From positions 12,162,698 to 12,226,697 of the forward strand of contig OZ037765.1 in assembly GCA_964035545.1 (NCBI GenBank): a stretch of DNA of 64,000 nt, given 5' to 3'. Made by a program: the position numbers and the translations under genes. Shown here in pieces: positions 49,533-62,989 of the stretch. Position 1 is the first letter of the stretch. Every line of letters starts with the position of its first letter. Below the pieces are notes generated by a model. That model was not told the origin of the DNA, made no database searches, and was given only the letters and a program-made list of their open reading frames with translations. Source of the DNA: Bugula neritina (Eukaryota > Animalia > Bryozoa).

Positions 49533-52500
49533 TTAGGATTTGTGTTGTTTCTGTATATGTTGTAGGAACTCATAGTAGGACATTGATGACTCGGTCTTAT
49601 CTTCTATCATGTACTGAATGAACACGTGTCGATTCCTACTATCCTCCCTGCAACAATCAGATGTGTCAATTTAAATCCTTAGAAATGATAAAGAATGCAC
49701 AAATGTATCTAAAAAAAGACTTGGTAACAAAAATCGCTTATATTAGCTAAAAAACTGCCAAATCATGATAAACAGTAACTGGTCAGCGTGACAGCCTAGT
49801 TTTTGACACGAATCTACCAACATGCTGTCAGTAAAAGCCCCTGTAACTCAGTAAGCCAGTGAACCAGCTTTTTACAAACCATCAGTTGGCAATAAATCCG
49901 TAAATACTGGGGTGGCATGTCTCATCATAATAAGTTCCAACATACCTGACTATGATAAGCGGGGGAGAGCCTGGCTTCCTATCTGTGAGGTGAGATATGA
50001 ACAGTCTCAGTTTCTCAGACATCTCATTCTCCAGTTCCGGCAGGTCACACTGTATTCAGGAACAAACCAACACTGTATACTTTGTGTGCGACAACAAACC
50101 AACACTGTATACTTTGTGTGCGACAACAAACCAACACTGTATACTTTGTGTGCGACAACAACCACTGCAAAACTGGGCTTTAGCAAACAGAAGTTCAAAT
50201 CAAAAAGTGCTAAGTTAAAACGAAATGATAATAACGACATACCAAACCATCCTCCAACGATGAAAAGTCAGGTCTATTGAAGACTTGGGAGCAAAATGTT
50301 GGGCTAATAGCAGAGCCAACCCATAAGTAAAGATATGTTCCAGTATCCAACAGGAATGCTCCATTCCTATCGATACTACCAGAGTTCAGTGCCAGTCTTG
50401 GAGGTTGTGGTATTACAATATCTTCTTTGAGGATTCCTCCCTAGAAACACAAGGACCAAACTAAGTGCATGCTGTGATGGTAGAAAAAAATAGCCAAAAA
50501 CATCACATTGACATTATTAATCAAACTAAGTCTTATATACAAAAAAGTTTCTATACAAATAACAGAAAGCTATATTAACAACTGAAAGGTATTTCATACT
50601 ACGAAATTAAACTTGCATTTAAAAATCTTATTAAAAAAAACTAAAATTACTAACGTGATGCAGAACTGCTGTGGGACTTACTTCATCGGTAAGAATATGT
50701 ACAGGGTAGAGTTCAGGCACAAGCTGCAGCATTAGTAGACTAAGTGGCAATGCCTTGCAATCATCCATAGCATGTACCCTGTCATCTGTCTTAGTGCTGA
50801 CTCCGAGACGGAGGGATGGGTGTTTGAGCATAGCAGAAACGTATAAAGGTAAAAGTCTGAGGGAATAAGGAGAGGGCACGGCACCCATCCTCTGCTGATT
50901 ACCGAGTGTAGCACCGTAAGCTCCCAAGGCATCCACACAGGCATTGACTAGAGCCTCCCGGGCATCACTAACTGCTGTGTTGATGCTTCGATCCACAGCT
51001 ACAACACAGGCACTGGCCAGTGATCATGTGACCAATCAACTGAAAAATAACTAGTCTAACTTCCTTTTATAAACTACCAAACTGTATAATTATATATAGC
51101 ATTCTGATGTCTGGTTCATGCCATAGTTACTATAATGAATCTAATGACAAGGATTTAAAGTAAGTTATGATTTTGTATCACACAATGCAAGCAGGCAACG
51201 TAACTGAAAAGTTTTTTTTTACTGTGATACCAAAGCAATTGTGACTGGATGACTCATATCTAACATCACTAACGAGTTTTAACAGCATAGACAATACATG
51301 CAGGGATGTAGTGGCAAAAATATTCTAGGCCATACTCTCAGGCCGGGGGGGGGGGGTCCAGGGGGCCGCTCAGACCCCCGGCGGGGCCCGGGGCAGCGCC
51401 CCGGTTGCCGAAGCCCTCAGAGCTTTTCTAATGCAAATTTATGCAATTTAAAGCCATTGTGAATTCTAATTCTTCTGAAAAAATCTGTGTTGAAATGTGC
51501 ACCTCACTATTATTTTCATACCATACCAGCTACATGACGACTGGGCATTGCTGCAAACTATATAAATATTCAGTATTGTCCCATACTTGTTGACTGTAAT
51601 TTTAAATGTAGTCTTACTCAACTGCAGTTAGGTTTGGTCTGACATGCATCAAGTCCAAACCGTACAGAAAAATTGCTGAAGATCTCAAAAAGATGGAAGG
51701 ATAGAGGCAGGTAACAAGTGCTCTCCAAATGCAACCTGATTATTATTTTTATTAATAACTAATAGACTGACATGCACAGAAAAAGAATAATAGATCAGAA
51801 GAGAGGCAGATTGCAAATCAGAAAATGTGTGTTTGTTATTTATAAAGAGCAATTTGAATTGATAACTCATTGGCAAGCAGAAATTGGTTAAAAATCTATA
51901 ATTGGAGTTTATTAGAGTATTAGTCTAAAGTCTAAACCATAAGGAGATACCACCGTACACCTTCTAACACACAATAAAGCACACCCAAGAAGGGTATGTT
52001 AACTTGGTTTTAAAATAAAACCCCTGAACTTTCACTAGACACATCAAGGAAACATACCCCAAATGAAAATATTTGACAGGTTTAATATGTGTTAACCTAG
52101 AAGATGATTAAATATAAAGCCAGATGTGCAATCAAACATAAACGGTTACTTATGGTGGTGTAAAGTTTGCAAAACCTCATTGCAATAATAATTAACATGC
52201 AATAATGCTAGGTTTTTGAGCAAAATGTGGACGCAGTACCTGTAGACCTCAGTGATAAATTTTCGTTAACCTCTCCTACACAACTGGTACTGTTTCTTTA
52301 AGACATTTTGATTTTGTTTCTGGACTTTTAAATTCCATTGCTTATTGACAAAATACAAGTCCACACAAAATAGATAAGGGCAACCTTCTAGCTGTCACTG
52401 CCTAATTGTGCTAGAATAAAAATTTAAAAACCATGTTGTAGATCTTCCTGTTCTTCAGAGCACCTGCTTTTTCGAGTTTTCAATGATTTTTTTGCAAAGT

Positions 52501-55500
52501 TATAGACAAAAAACTACCCATTTTGGCCAATTTTATCTGAAAAGTTTATTTTTCAAAATCTGCCAAATATCTCAGCAGGAAAGTATGGTATTGGAATAGA
52601 ACAAACACTGTTGGAAACCTGAGAAATTTATGCATAGCATTTTTTTGATCCTTTCAATAGCCTTCATAGATTTTCTACAAATTAGTGACTTACACACTGA
52701 AATGAAATATTTTTTCGTTAGCAATCACCAATGCACAGCACTTCGCGCTTCAGTCAACACGTAAAGATGAGAAGACGGAATGTTGATAGTGTAATGTCAG
52801 GCTAAACAATCACAAGTAGGCAACACGCATGCCACCCACATATCATCAACATGACATGAACTTGAACTAGATTGTGAGCGAAATTTATGATATTCTCAGT
52901 GAGGATGCCCTAACTATCCTGTGCACTAATCATCTTTCAAAAATATTATGCCCATACGGGCGTATGGCCTAGAACAGTCTATTTTCTTCTAGGCCATACG
53001 GCGTATGGGACCGTATGGGTACCACTACATCCCTGAATACATGTCTTGGTAAAATAGTGATTGTAGTCCCTGGATTATGACTTCATTCACCCCAACCTGG
53101 TATCCATGGTACCAAATAAGGAAAAACAAATGTTGCAAACTATCGGCGCACTTACAAGCTGTAATGTACATACAAATAAATATAAAATGTTACCAGTATT
53201 GAACTTACCCATCTTAGCCAAAAGACCAATCATAGCCTGCTGATCAACACTATTAATAATGTCGGTGAGAGACGTGGTTACTGGCAGACACAGCGTATGT
53301 ACTCTAATTCTCCTTTCACCTGAGATATGAATATATTTGTATAATACAGTCCAACAAGGCATAGCGAAATAAGCTAGAAGTCAACAGCAAGTAAACCTAC
53401 TGCAAGTATTCAAGTCATAGTGCTCACCTTTACTACTGGTGTACAGCAAAGCTGCTTGGAAGGCAGCATAAGGGCTATCTGTAAGATTGTCTTCAATAGA
53501 TACTTGCATACCAAACCCAGCATCAGGGTTTATGTTGGGCAAAGAAAGCAAATCTGTTGAGCGTACGAAGAAGTTTCCATGAAACGTGTGAATTGCCAGT
53601 CCTAAAATATAAAAACTGGTCATTAACTGACAAGATAGAAAAGGACCAAACAGCTAAACATTCAGCTGCAAAAGAAATTACATTCTGCCATCTTTTAGTA
53701 GTATCAGTTCATGATCTTTATCAAGTGTATGATTGTAGAAACCATCTTTGCAGATCATTTAAAGGCTGATAAACAAAGCTCAACCCTAATTTTAATCTGT
53801 TTAAGTGGCCTCCTTCCTTCTTCAGTAATGTAAGGCAATTGTATAGATAAGATATGCTGGTAGAAATATGTTGAAGTGGTTGGTTTAATTCCAAGGCTTA
53901 TCCCAACTTCTTGTACATTACCATGTTGTTCCCTCACAATTCTCCATTCAAGGATTTTTTTATTCTTTGAAGAGTTTTTATTATGGATGATGTTGAAATG
54001 ACCACTGAAGTATCTTGCATAGAGTATAATTTCTAACTTGTTTAAAGATGTCAACATGACCTCATGTCTTTTTATGCCATCTCAAGTCAGGTGGTGGAAT
54101 CCACGACTGGTCAGTAAGCAAATGGCTGAGGTGAATGTAATCATTCTATACTTAGTCTGTCAACACTATTGAGTCTTGGAATAATTTTGTTAAATTAAAC
54201 CTTTCCAGGGTTTTTAGACCAGAAGTGCCATCAAAACCGGATGATATTTTACAGGAGCACAATGATAATATAAGTAGATGTCTGATTAAAAACGTACCTT
54301 TAGTGCAGCGTACTCTCATTACAGCTTCAAGTCCAATTTTTCTATTCAAATATCTTTTAAGGTCAGCCTCGAACCTCTCCACCTCTGCTGGGTTGTGCAT
54401 ATTGTGGAACCCTGGGTATGCATAGAGACAGCCACCACAATGCCTTGCGGCACCACCTACAAAATGCATTAGATATCCAGCTATACCACCAATATGACAT
54501 AAAACATAAACAGCACAGTAAACTTACACCAACCATTTTAACTAGGCAAGCAGAACAGTTTTATTCAAAGAAATTAAGTAATTGACAACAATTCTAATAA
54601 ATATATTGAAAATTCTATTTTGTAGTACAGTTTCCTAATCTGTAGTCTACCATTATTATCTACAAATGTAGTAAACACACACCTAGACTAGCATGATCTA
54701 TGTACTGGGTGTTAAGTAAGAACATATCGATGGCTATCTGTTGTCCAGCTGCCTCTAAACTCAGCATCTTGTAGAAGTCTGTGGCTGGCTGCAGATTAGC
54801 TGGTTTGGAAGAAGCTCGCTGATTAGGATCCTCTCTGTTCTGCAGTTTACCAGGTCCAGTGTTGGGTATAGATGTCTGCACCACCGTCACTCTGCCTCCG
54901 CTAGCAGACTGCAAACATTAGGAAAATAGTTGCTATTTAGAATATGAGAGATAGTTCTTAATAAACCATCATGTGAACATTACACTTTTTGAGAGATTAT
55001 TGCTTAATAAGACTATATTTTGCATTTTCAAGGTACAATAATAAAGTAGTTATTTTGCGAAAACAAGTAACCCGATTTAAATATAAAAAACAATTTTAAA
55101 ATAATTTAGAAATGTAGCTGATGTTATTTTAAACAAAACTTTCAGGCCAACAGTTGATTTATATATTTTCTACGTAAGAACATAAAATGTATATTTTCTC
55201 AAATACACACGAGCCAAATAAATACTAATAAACCTACATTTTAATGATTTTTACAACTTGCAACAGCTAGATTAAAACTTTGTGAGCAAATGAGAATAAT
55301 GCTGACATGAATGTACCGTTGATCTTGGATATATAGGAATAACTAACTGACCAATAACTTCACAGCTGCTTGTAATGCTGCTCCTAGGGCGCTGCCATCA
55401 TCTTTATAATATTCATCTTGATGAAAGGTGGGTAGCTGCTCTAGTAGTTGATTGATCAATGCTCTTGAGCCCTGTAGGTTAGCTACCAGCCCATCGGGTA

Positions 55501-58500
55501 GTGGCAGGAATACATCTGCCGTTGAAGAACATAATATACCGTATTGCTATCAATGCCACTATATAACTATGTGATGCTTAAGTTAGCAGTCATCAGACTA
55601 CATGTTTGTATACAATGTCACAAACTTAACAGGTATTTCACTGTCTAAAACTGTATGGAACATATGTAATATATGTTTATTAATCTTATACAAAATACAC
55701 TAAACTAATAGTAATTTTTAGCCAGCGTTATATATACTGTTGAGGATATGAACCAATGCTTAGTCTAGCATTACCTCAAACTTTTGATCAACTACTATAT
55801 TTTATCTACCCAATCACTTGAAAGATTACAATATTTATAAAAACTGAGCCAACGCAGAAATTATGTATGGAAAAATTGATGTTTGTGCTATTGTTAGTGT
55901 GCCACAGTTGGGATAACTTGGCGTAGCATATTGAAAACAAATTAATTTTATTAATGTACATTAAGGAGCAAGAATAATACTACAATATGTAATAGACATG
56001 CATACCATCTACATCCGAGACTACGTGCATTTGTGGGGTAGACAACTCTTCTGAAAGATTGTAAAAGTGAACACTGGAATTGTAAGTGATAAATCCAATG
56101 AGAGTTCGGGAATCTCCAGGTATCTTGTCTATTTCTGCTGCTAATACTTCACAAAAGGATTGCAAGTATCCTGTTTGTAGAGCCGTATAACTCACATCCA
56201 GTAAAAATAGGTAGACGCAAGGCTGTGGAGGTCTGAGCTAAAATGTATACAGGTATTTATATTTTAATTAAAAGCAAAATATGTTATTTTACAGCTTATA
56301 AATACCGGGTAGTCACAATACCACAACACGCCATCAATACAATGCATTTCACTCATTAATACATGCTGTGTCTTAGAGAGGAGACAACCCTTACCATATA
56401 TTCAGATGGTGCAATAAATTCTATGGTTGCAGATTTAATTTCTGGTCTGCGTTCAGGAGATCCATATGACTTAGTAACTGGATCAAAATTGAACTCATCC
56501 GGTACTGAAAAAATAAAGACATGTGTGAGTGTGAATTATTTACCATGAAATGCAAATAAATTTATATAAAAATATTTCTACTTACATTCGTTGGCACGGA
56601 AACACAGATTACATCTCCACCGTCTTTGGTCTATGAATGATACAAACGGGTTGATGTATGTCCTACATGCACGGCACCTCACTATTACTGATGACTGAAT
56701 TACTGGCAAATGCTACAATACAACAAGATTCAACACAAGGTGAATTAACGTACCAATTTCAACTAATTACCTTGAATGCAACTAATTAGAAAGGTCCATA
56801 AATGAACAGGAAAATTGAGCAGCCATGAATATAAGTTAACATACAACACAATACAGCAGATGAAAGGATGATATAAGGACAGAATATAGTAGTGTTAGTG
56901 ATTCATGATAAAGGAGGTTGGTGAAGTTAATTTATAAATGCAACATATTTAAAAAATAACAGTGCATATTGAATTAGTTGAAATTTTAATTTTTCCAGCT
57001 TCTTGTCAGTGATGCATCAAGCTAGTAACAAGTATATTATGTAATACACAATGCGGTCTGTGTTTGTAAGATGCAGTATTGTTTTATGTTGATTGAAATC
57101 TGCAGGCCTACAGAACAGATGATGGTACCTACAGAGCAGATAGTGGTACCTACAGAGCAGATAGTGGTACCTACAGAGCAGATAGTGGTACCTACAGAGC
57201 AGATAGTGGTACCTACAGAGTTGGGGAAAGAGATGAGGGCAGGATAAGAGAGATTGCTGAGACCAGAGAGGGAGTCAACAGTTGACGAAGCGGCATTGTC
57301 ATCGTCACTGATATCTTCAGAAGTTTCTAATGTGGATTGGTTACTGCAAGATGCTGCCGAGAAAGGCAGCATATCATCTTCTGTCTGTCAGACATCATAT
57401 GATGTATTAGTGAGGAACATGATGCAACGTGAGAGAGTGGAAGAAGGCATTGAATAAGAGCAAGCGTGTTTAACATGAAGCATTTAGTAATTACAGTTAA
57501 ATCGATATTGCTATTTATTAATATCAACAAGTATGGCAGAGTATCTATTTTCGATGAGAATTATTACAATGTGGCTTCCGGAAAATATTTAAATGTCAAA
57601 CATGGAGATCAAAGTGAGAAAATGCAGGCATTAGATTTGAAGATTATTCATAACTTAGAGATAAAACTAGTGGTAGGTGCTACTAGCTCTTCAATGAGTA
57701 GAATTCATAGAATTTTCTACCAGCATAACCCAATCTCTGTATTAACATCTAACATTACTTGACTGGTATGTAGTTAGCAAAGATTTTTCAGTCAACAGGC
57801 AATAAATGAGACTGGCTTTACATGCATAAATCTACTGTAAAGCCAATGGCAGTGCCTTTCAATATGATGAGCTGGCTGGTTACATAATGTTTTTACAGAA
57901 CCACCAAGTTTTGCAATGCATTCATGCTAGATGGAGTGTTGTTTAAAGAATACTGAGAGCAAAGTATAAATCTTTAACTTCCTTGCAAAACATAATATGA
58001 ACTGTATATGTTTTTTTCAGTGTTAACTGTGAGAATTAATGATACAAGTTGGTTTGGCTAATCATAGTATTGCTTCATGACTTAATCCACTAGCTCAACC
58101 TGTCAGACACACTATAGTGAGTTAGAAAACTATGGCTTCCCCAGAAGTACACTTTGTTAGCTTACAATAGGCATGATTAAAAACTGATAGTAATAAATAT
58201 ATTTGATTGCTCAACACTTACTGATAGGTCCTTGAACGGGTGTATTAAAATACCTAGAGGAAGCCTGGACTTCTGAAGAAGACTATTACTTTGAGGAAGT
58301 GCTGATAGAGTACACCTGAATATACTGCAAAAATATCGTAGAAATTACTAAAGAAATTTTAAATCAAATTCTATGATAATTAGAATATGCAATAATAAAC
58401 AATAAGTCTGCAAAGAAACTTTATTATGCATGTGGTAAGGATAGAAGATCCATGTCTAAAAAAATCAGTTGCTGTGAATGCAGCAAAGTAATTTCAACTA

Positions 58501-61239
58501 ATATGGAGATTAAAGTTTATACAACTTAAACATTTGAGATAAGTAACTTACTCTGGACTGCAATTATTTCGTCTAAGATGATCTGGTAAGTTTGGTACTG
58601 GTGGTACGACAGGAGAATCTGTTAAAATATTTCGTTCTTGGAGAAGATTAAATGTTCTTAGTTCTAGTGGCACCTACAATAAGATTTCTTGAACATGATT
58701 GTTAAAATCCTCATCTGAAGTGAAAGCTTCTAAAATAAATTGCCAGCCTACAGGTTTGCATTTTGTAAGTACATAACACATACAATGACGAAAAATATTA
58801 AATCTAACCTGATTCTGTAAGCCCATCGATGAAAACTGATTGTTTACACCATAGATACTATTTTGTGTGTTGTGATTTAATCCAGGTGCAGGAGGGGGAG
58901 CATACCCAACACCAGGTGGTGCTCCTGGGCCAGGGGGTAGCCCTGGTCGAGGTGGTACACCTGGTCCAGGTGGTAGATTTGGTCCAGGTGGTGTGTTGGC
59001 ACTAGGAGGTAAGCCTGGGCCAGGAGCTGGATTCAGATGAGGTGGAAAACCTTGGCCAGGAGGATATCCCAAGGCGGTAGGAGCTGAAGCAGCTCTGGGC
59101 ATACCAGGAGCCATTGCATTGCTTGAAAGCATAGGTCGTGAGACAGGTGGAAACTGCGGCTGCCCAGCTGGCTGATATAGAGCAGGTGATGAGGGTTGTT
59201 GGGCAGCCATAGTTGAGGGGAAGTTACTATTCCCCAGACCGGCCATATTAGCAGAAGAGACTAAGTTTGAAGGAGGGTGGCCACGAGGTGGAGCCCAGTT
59301 ACTAGAACCACTGGCTTGAGGAAAGTTGGGACGCAAAGGCCCACCCCTGGGAGACGGAGTAGATAGCGGTACAGGAGACCCTGGGGGTGGTGTACCCAAG
59401 TTACTATCTGCAACAAATAATATTTGTATATGAGTACAAAAATTCAGAAATCTAGAAACTTTATAATATTGACAGTTACATTATACTGATATGTGATATG
59501 TTATATGGAATATAATATAGATATTGGCGACTTTGTGAGTTAATACATTTAGAAAATTGTAGAGTGATGTCTTATTTTCCAATCATTTATAGTTAAGCAA
59601 ATAGTCGCTGAAAATATATCTTCCACTTTATTGAGTCAAACATTTCTTTATGAGCTGAAGTTGATAAAACTTGTCCTTTGGAAAGAGTTGTGTGAGCTAA
59701 AAATTGCTCAAGGTATTACATCTTTTTTGAACGGCACAATGTACCTGTAAAAAAATCTCTAAGAATGTTTACGGTTACTTACTGGGTGTCCCTGATCTAA
59801 ACTGTCCTTCCAAAGCATCAAAGTGCTGATTGGGTATCGGAGACGGCACCCTTGAGGTGTTTAATGAAGATGGTTCTACAATCAAAGTTTTACTTGTGAA
59901 TACAATTTAAAACCCTAACAATTGCTGATAACTCCAAAGATCACACAACTAGGTAATGTGTTACAGTTGAGTAATCTGCATTCCATTTCTGTGTTATAAC
60001 AAAAAATGAAAATGTCGATGACCTAACTTTATCCAAGGTATATTCTAGTGAGCTAAGAATTGTCAATTATAAAGCTGAGTTTAAACTAGCAAATAATCAG
60101 CCAATGACATTTCCTTGCCTGTGAGTTAACTAATATCAGCCATATAAGAACTCAATCAATGACTGAAAAGTTATGGCAATAAAAATCTTTCAGCTGAGCC
60201 AGTTAGAAGCTTCCATAGACTGTACAGGGCATGCAATTTGTACATATAAGCATATAAGCAAAATAGTTTGTCAGTAGATAGGAAGACTTTTAGATTGAAA
60301 AAAAATTTAAACCAAAAGCAAAAAATTCCATCACAATTTTTCAACCATCAAGAACTATTAAAAATTACTTTAGCTGGTTACAAACATGACCATAAAATAC
60401 TTTAATATTTCACACACAGTGATAGCATCAAGCAAACCTACTAAAAAGATTGAAACCCCACAAATCATACACTGACCATTTATACCTGAGTTAGTAGGGG
60501 TGAGGTTAAGAGGCGGACCAACATGCGTAGTGTTTGAGTATATCCCTTTACCATGATAGGGCGCTGGTAACAGCTCAGCACTGCCTAAAAAAATTATTTT
60601 AGATGGTTTTGGAACCATAGCTAGCATGCATAAAATAACAGGTATTGATTAGTACGTACTATACTGCAAGCAAAGCCCAACCTTAGCAAAGTTATGAGTG
60701 CACTAACCACTGATAGGAGCATTTGATTGTGGTGGTCTGGTCATTGGTGGGAAACCAGATGGTGCTCCATTAGATATAGGTGGACCTTGTGCTGAATAAT
60801 CACCACTGGACTGAGTGCTTACAGATGGAAGGGGTGGTGCAGTGCCAGGGTGTGAGCTATACCGGCCAATACTGGTTGGTGGAAAAGTATTTTGATTCTG
60901 CGGAGGTTTCATTCCTCCAGCAATATTAGAAGGTGGCGGTCCGATTGATTTCCCATCAGATTGCTGAAGAGCTGGAGGGTGCTGTCCAGGTAATGGAGGC
61001 CTAAGCATTGGTCCAGATACTGAATGGCTAAAAGTTGGATATCTAGGTGGTTGCTGACCAGGCATTGGTGGAGCAGAAACATGGCCGCCTGGCATTGGTG
61101 GTGCAGAAACATGGCCGCTTGGCATTGGTGGAGCAGAAACATGGCCGCCGGGCATTGGTGGAGCAGAAACAGGACCGCCGGGTATTGGTGGCCGTTGCAT
61201 CATCCCAGGTTGTCCATTTGGTGGCTGATTCCAAGACAT
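49533..61239 (-). CDS. SEC24A/B: COPII cargo adaptor Sec24, A/B subfamily
   Basis: Exons (-): 61239-60708, 60584-60477, 59875-59783, 59407-58809, 58673-58552, 58324-58222, 56712-56586, 56504-56395, 56237-56006, 55515-55352, 54908-54683, 54456-54298, 53601-53428, 53319-53209, 50998-50682, 50440-50243, 50049-49946, 49647-49533. Pro-rich N-terminus, Zn finger ([12 protein letters not shown]...WRCNLC), [23 protein letters not shown] (A/B-type), GERRIRVHT, and C-terminal [20 protein letters not shown]. Confidence 0.96.
50062..50157. repeat. 32-bp tandem repeat x3 in a SEC24 intron
   Basis: Unit acaaaccaacactgtatactttgtgtgcgaca at 50062, 50094 and 50126. Confidence 0.92.
51301..53035. mobile_element. 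hAT-superfamily non-autonomous or decayed element in a SEC24 intron
   Basis: 14-bp perfect TIR (cagggatgtagtgg at 51301, ccactacatccctg ending at 53035) and perfect 8-bp TSD aatacatg (51293-51300 and 53036-53043). GC-rich subterminal block at 51341-51420, ccatacg..cgtatgg subterminal palindromes at about 52952-53017, and a weak hAT dimerisation-like remnant ([10 protein letters not shown], minus strand, about 51690-51720). Confidence 0.92.
57107..57220. repeat. 21-bp tandem repeat (about 5.4 copies) in a SEC24 intron
   Basis: Unit cctacagagcagatagtggta at 57107, 57128, 57149, 57170 and 57191, with a partial copy at 57212. Confidence 0.93.
61061..61190 (-). repeat. 30-bp coding tandem repeat ([10 protein letters not shown], about 4 copies) in the Sec24 N-terminal IDR
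   Basis: ggcattggtggagcagaaacatggccgcc units at 61061, 61091, 61121 and 61151. Confidence 0.9.
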
Positions 61240-62989
61240 TTCTTATGCTATCAAATATATAATAGTGTACAATTGGAGTGCTGCAAAAAAGTTGTAAGCT
61301 ATAACTAGAATGGACAATGGAGAAAAACAGCATCTTGAATTATCAAAAAAGCTTTACAATGTCTTACCAATGTTAGTGACTAGCAGAATGTGGAGAGTCC
61401 TTCAAAGCTTTAGTTGTACAGAATGGTCACATTACCCCACAGTGAGCTTGTTAATATCTCCTCACATTCTAAAATAGTCAAATATCTTTGAACAACTTAA
61501 AACAATACAACAGATAAATAATAACGTTGAATTGTAATTGATGAATATTTTTATTGAAATATTTAGTATAAAATTGAGAAAATTACAAACTGAGATGCAA
61601 ACAGAATAACATAGAACTACTAGAAAATTCACAAAAACAACTGCCAACTGACATGAACACTACTGAAACAAATGGCTAGAACTTGTAGAGCGTAAATGTA
61701 TATATTCCATTTCATTGATCAATAAACATCCAAAAATCCTTCCTAGACCTAATAACCATAATGACTTAAAGCAGTATTGCCTAATTATAGTTATGTGGCA
61801 TTAAAATTTGTAAAACTATCTCAGCTAAAATATAAATATATTTACTAATTGATCAACTTTATATTATTTTAGGACATTATTACAAATGATCTGTGGAACA
61901 AACTTTTTACTATCAATTGGAAATGGCCCAAATATATATGAAAATAATATTGTCACTGTAATTTACAATTTATCATTCTTATCTGATGAAAATATACTGT
62001 TTTTAAACTAATCTAGGTAGCCCTGTTGAGTTTATGGAAAAAACCAACATACAACGTATTTGCAAAAATACAGTTCCTTAGAAATTAAATGAAAATAGTT
62101 TAGTTATTCCCTTGGGTACACCTATAACTTAAATGAAACTGTTAATTCATCTATACCAGAAAGCGCCTGGTAAGACTTCCAATGAAATAACTTAAAATTG
62201 ATTTAAGAAATTTCTTTAATGATTTAAATTTTTTTTGTAATTTATTGTTTTATGCCTAGATCACCTTAGGTGGTGGGGGCAATATAATATACAATCTTAT
62301 TAATTTGCTGTGGATCATTTAGGATCACTTGAAAGTTTTCAAGCCAATAACTTATTTCTATAAAAAGAGCATAGACTTGAACATTGTAGACAAGTGGCTT
62401 AAATTTAGGGAGCCAAAGTTCTTAATATGTAGCCTCCACATGAAAAATGGAGACAATAAACTATGCAAATCTAACTGGCTTTGAGATCAAACTGAGATCA
62501 CTACGTGGGAGACTGGAGATATCAGAGATATCAAAGTATTTGAACGAAAATTTGTTCATGATAAATAACTCTCATAAGCAAATAGAGTTTTGCATTTGTG
62601 GCATGTAATTATATAAAGGTTAGGAAGCTGAACATGATGTCCATCTTTCCTGTTTCTACTATAATGTAGTAAACTGCAAATTTCACATATTTCAAGTTTC
62701 ACATTCTATTACAATTTGAAAATCAAAGTGAAAAAACTTCAATCTTAAATTTAAATCAGTTTTTAACTGAGCCCTTTCGCTGACAACTTATCTGAAATTT
62801 ATTAGATTTGAGCTAGGGGTAAACCTAAATTTTAAACCCAAAAATCCTAAAGGCAAACTATAGTTGACCAAGTGACCGTTCACCCAACACTCTTACTGTA
62901 TTGGTTTTGGTCCTAAATATTAGCTAGGCCTATTCAGCACTACTGAAAAACAATGCCTGTGAAATTATTAGATTATCTCTTACACTATT

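Noticed and set aside
50062-50157. 32-bp repeats as a CRISPR array
   Set aside because: Head-to-tail copies with no spacers, no cas genes, and a eukaryotic intron context.
51341-51420. GC island as a promoter or structured RNA
   Set aside because: It lies within the hAT element's subterminal region.
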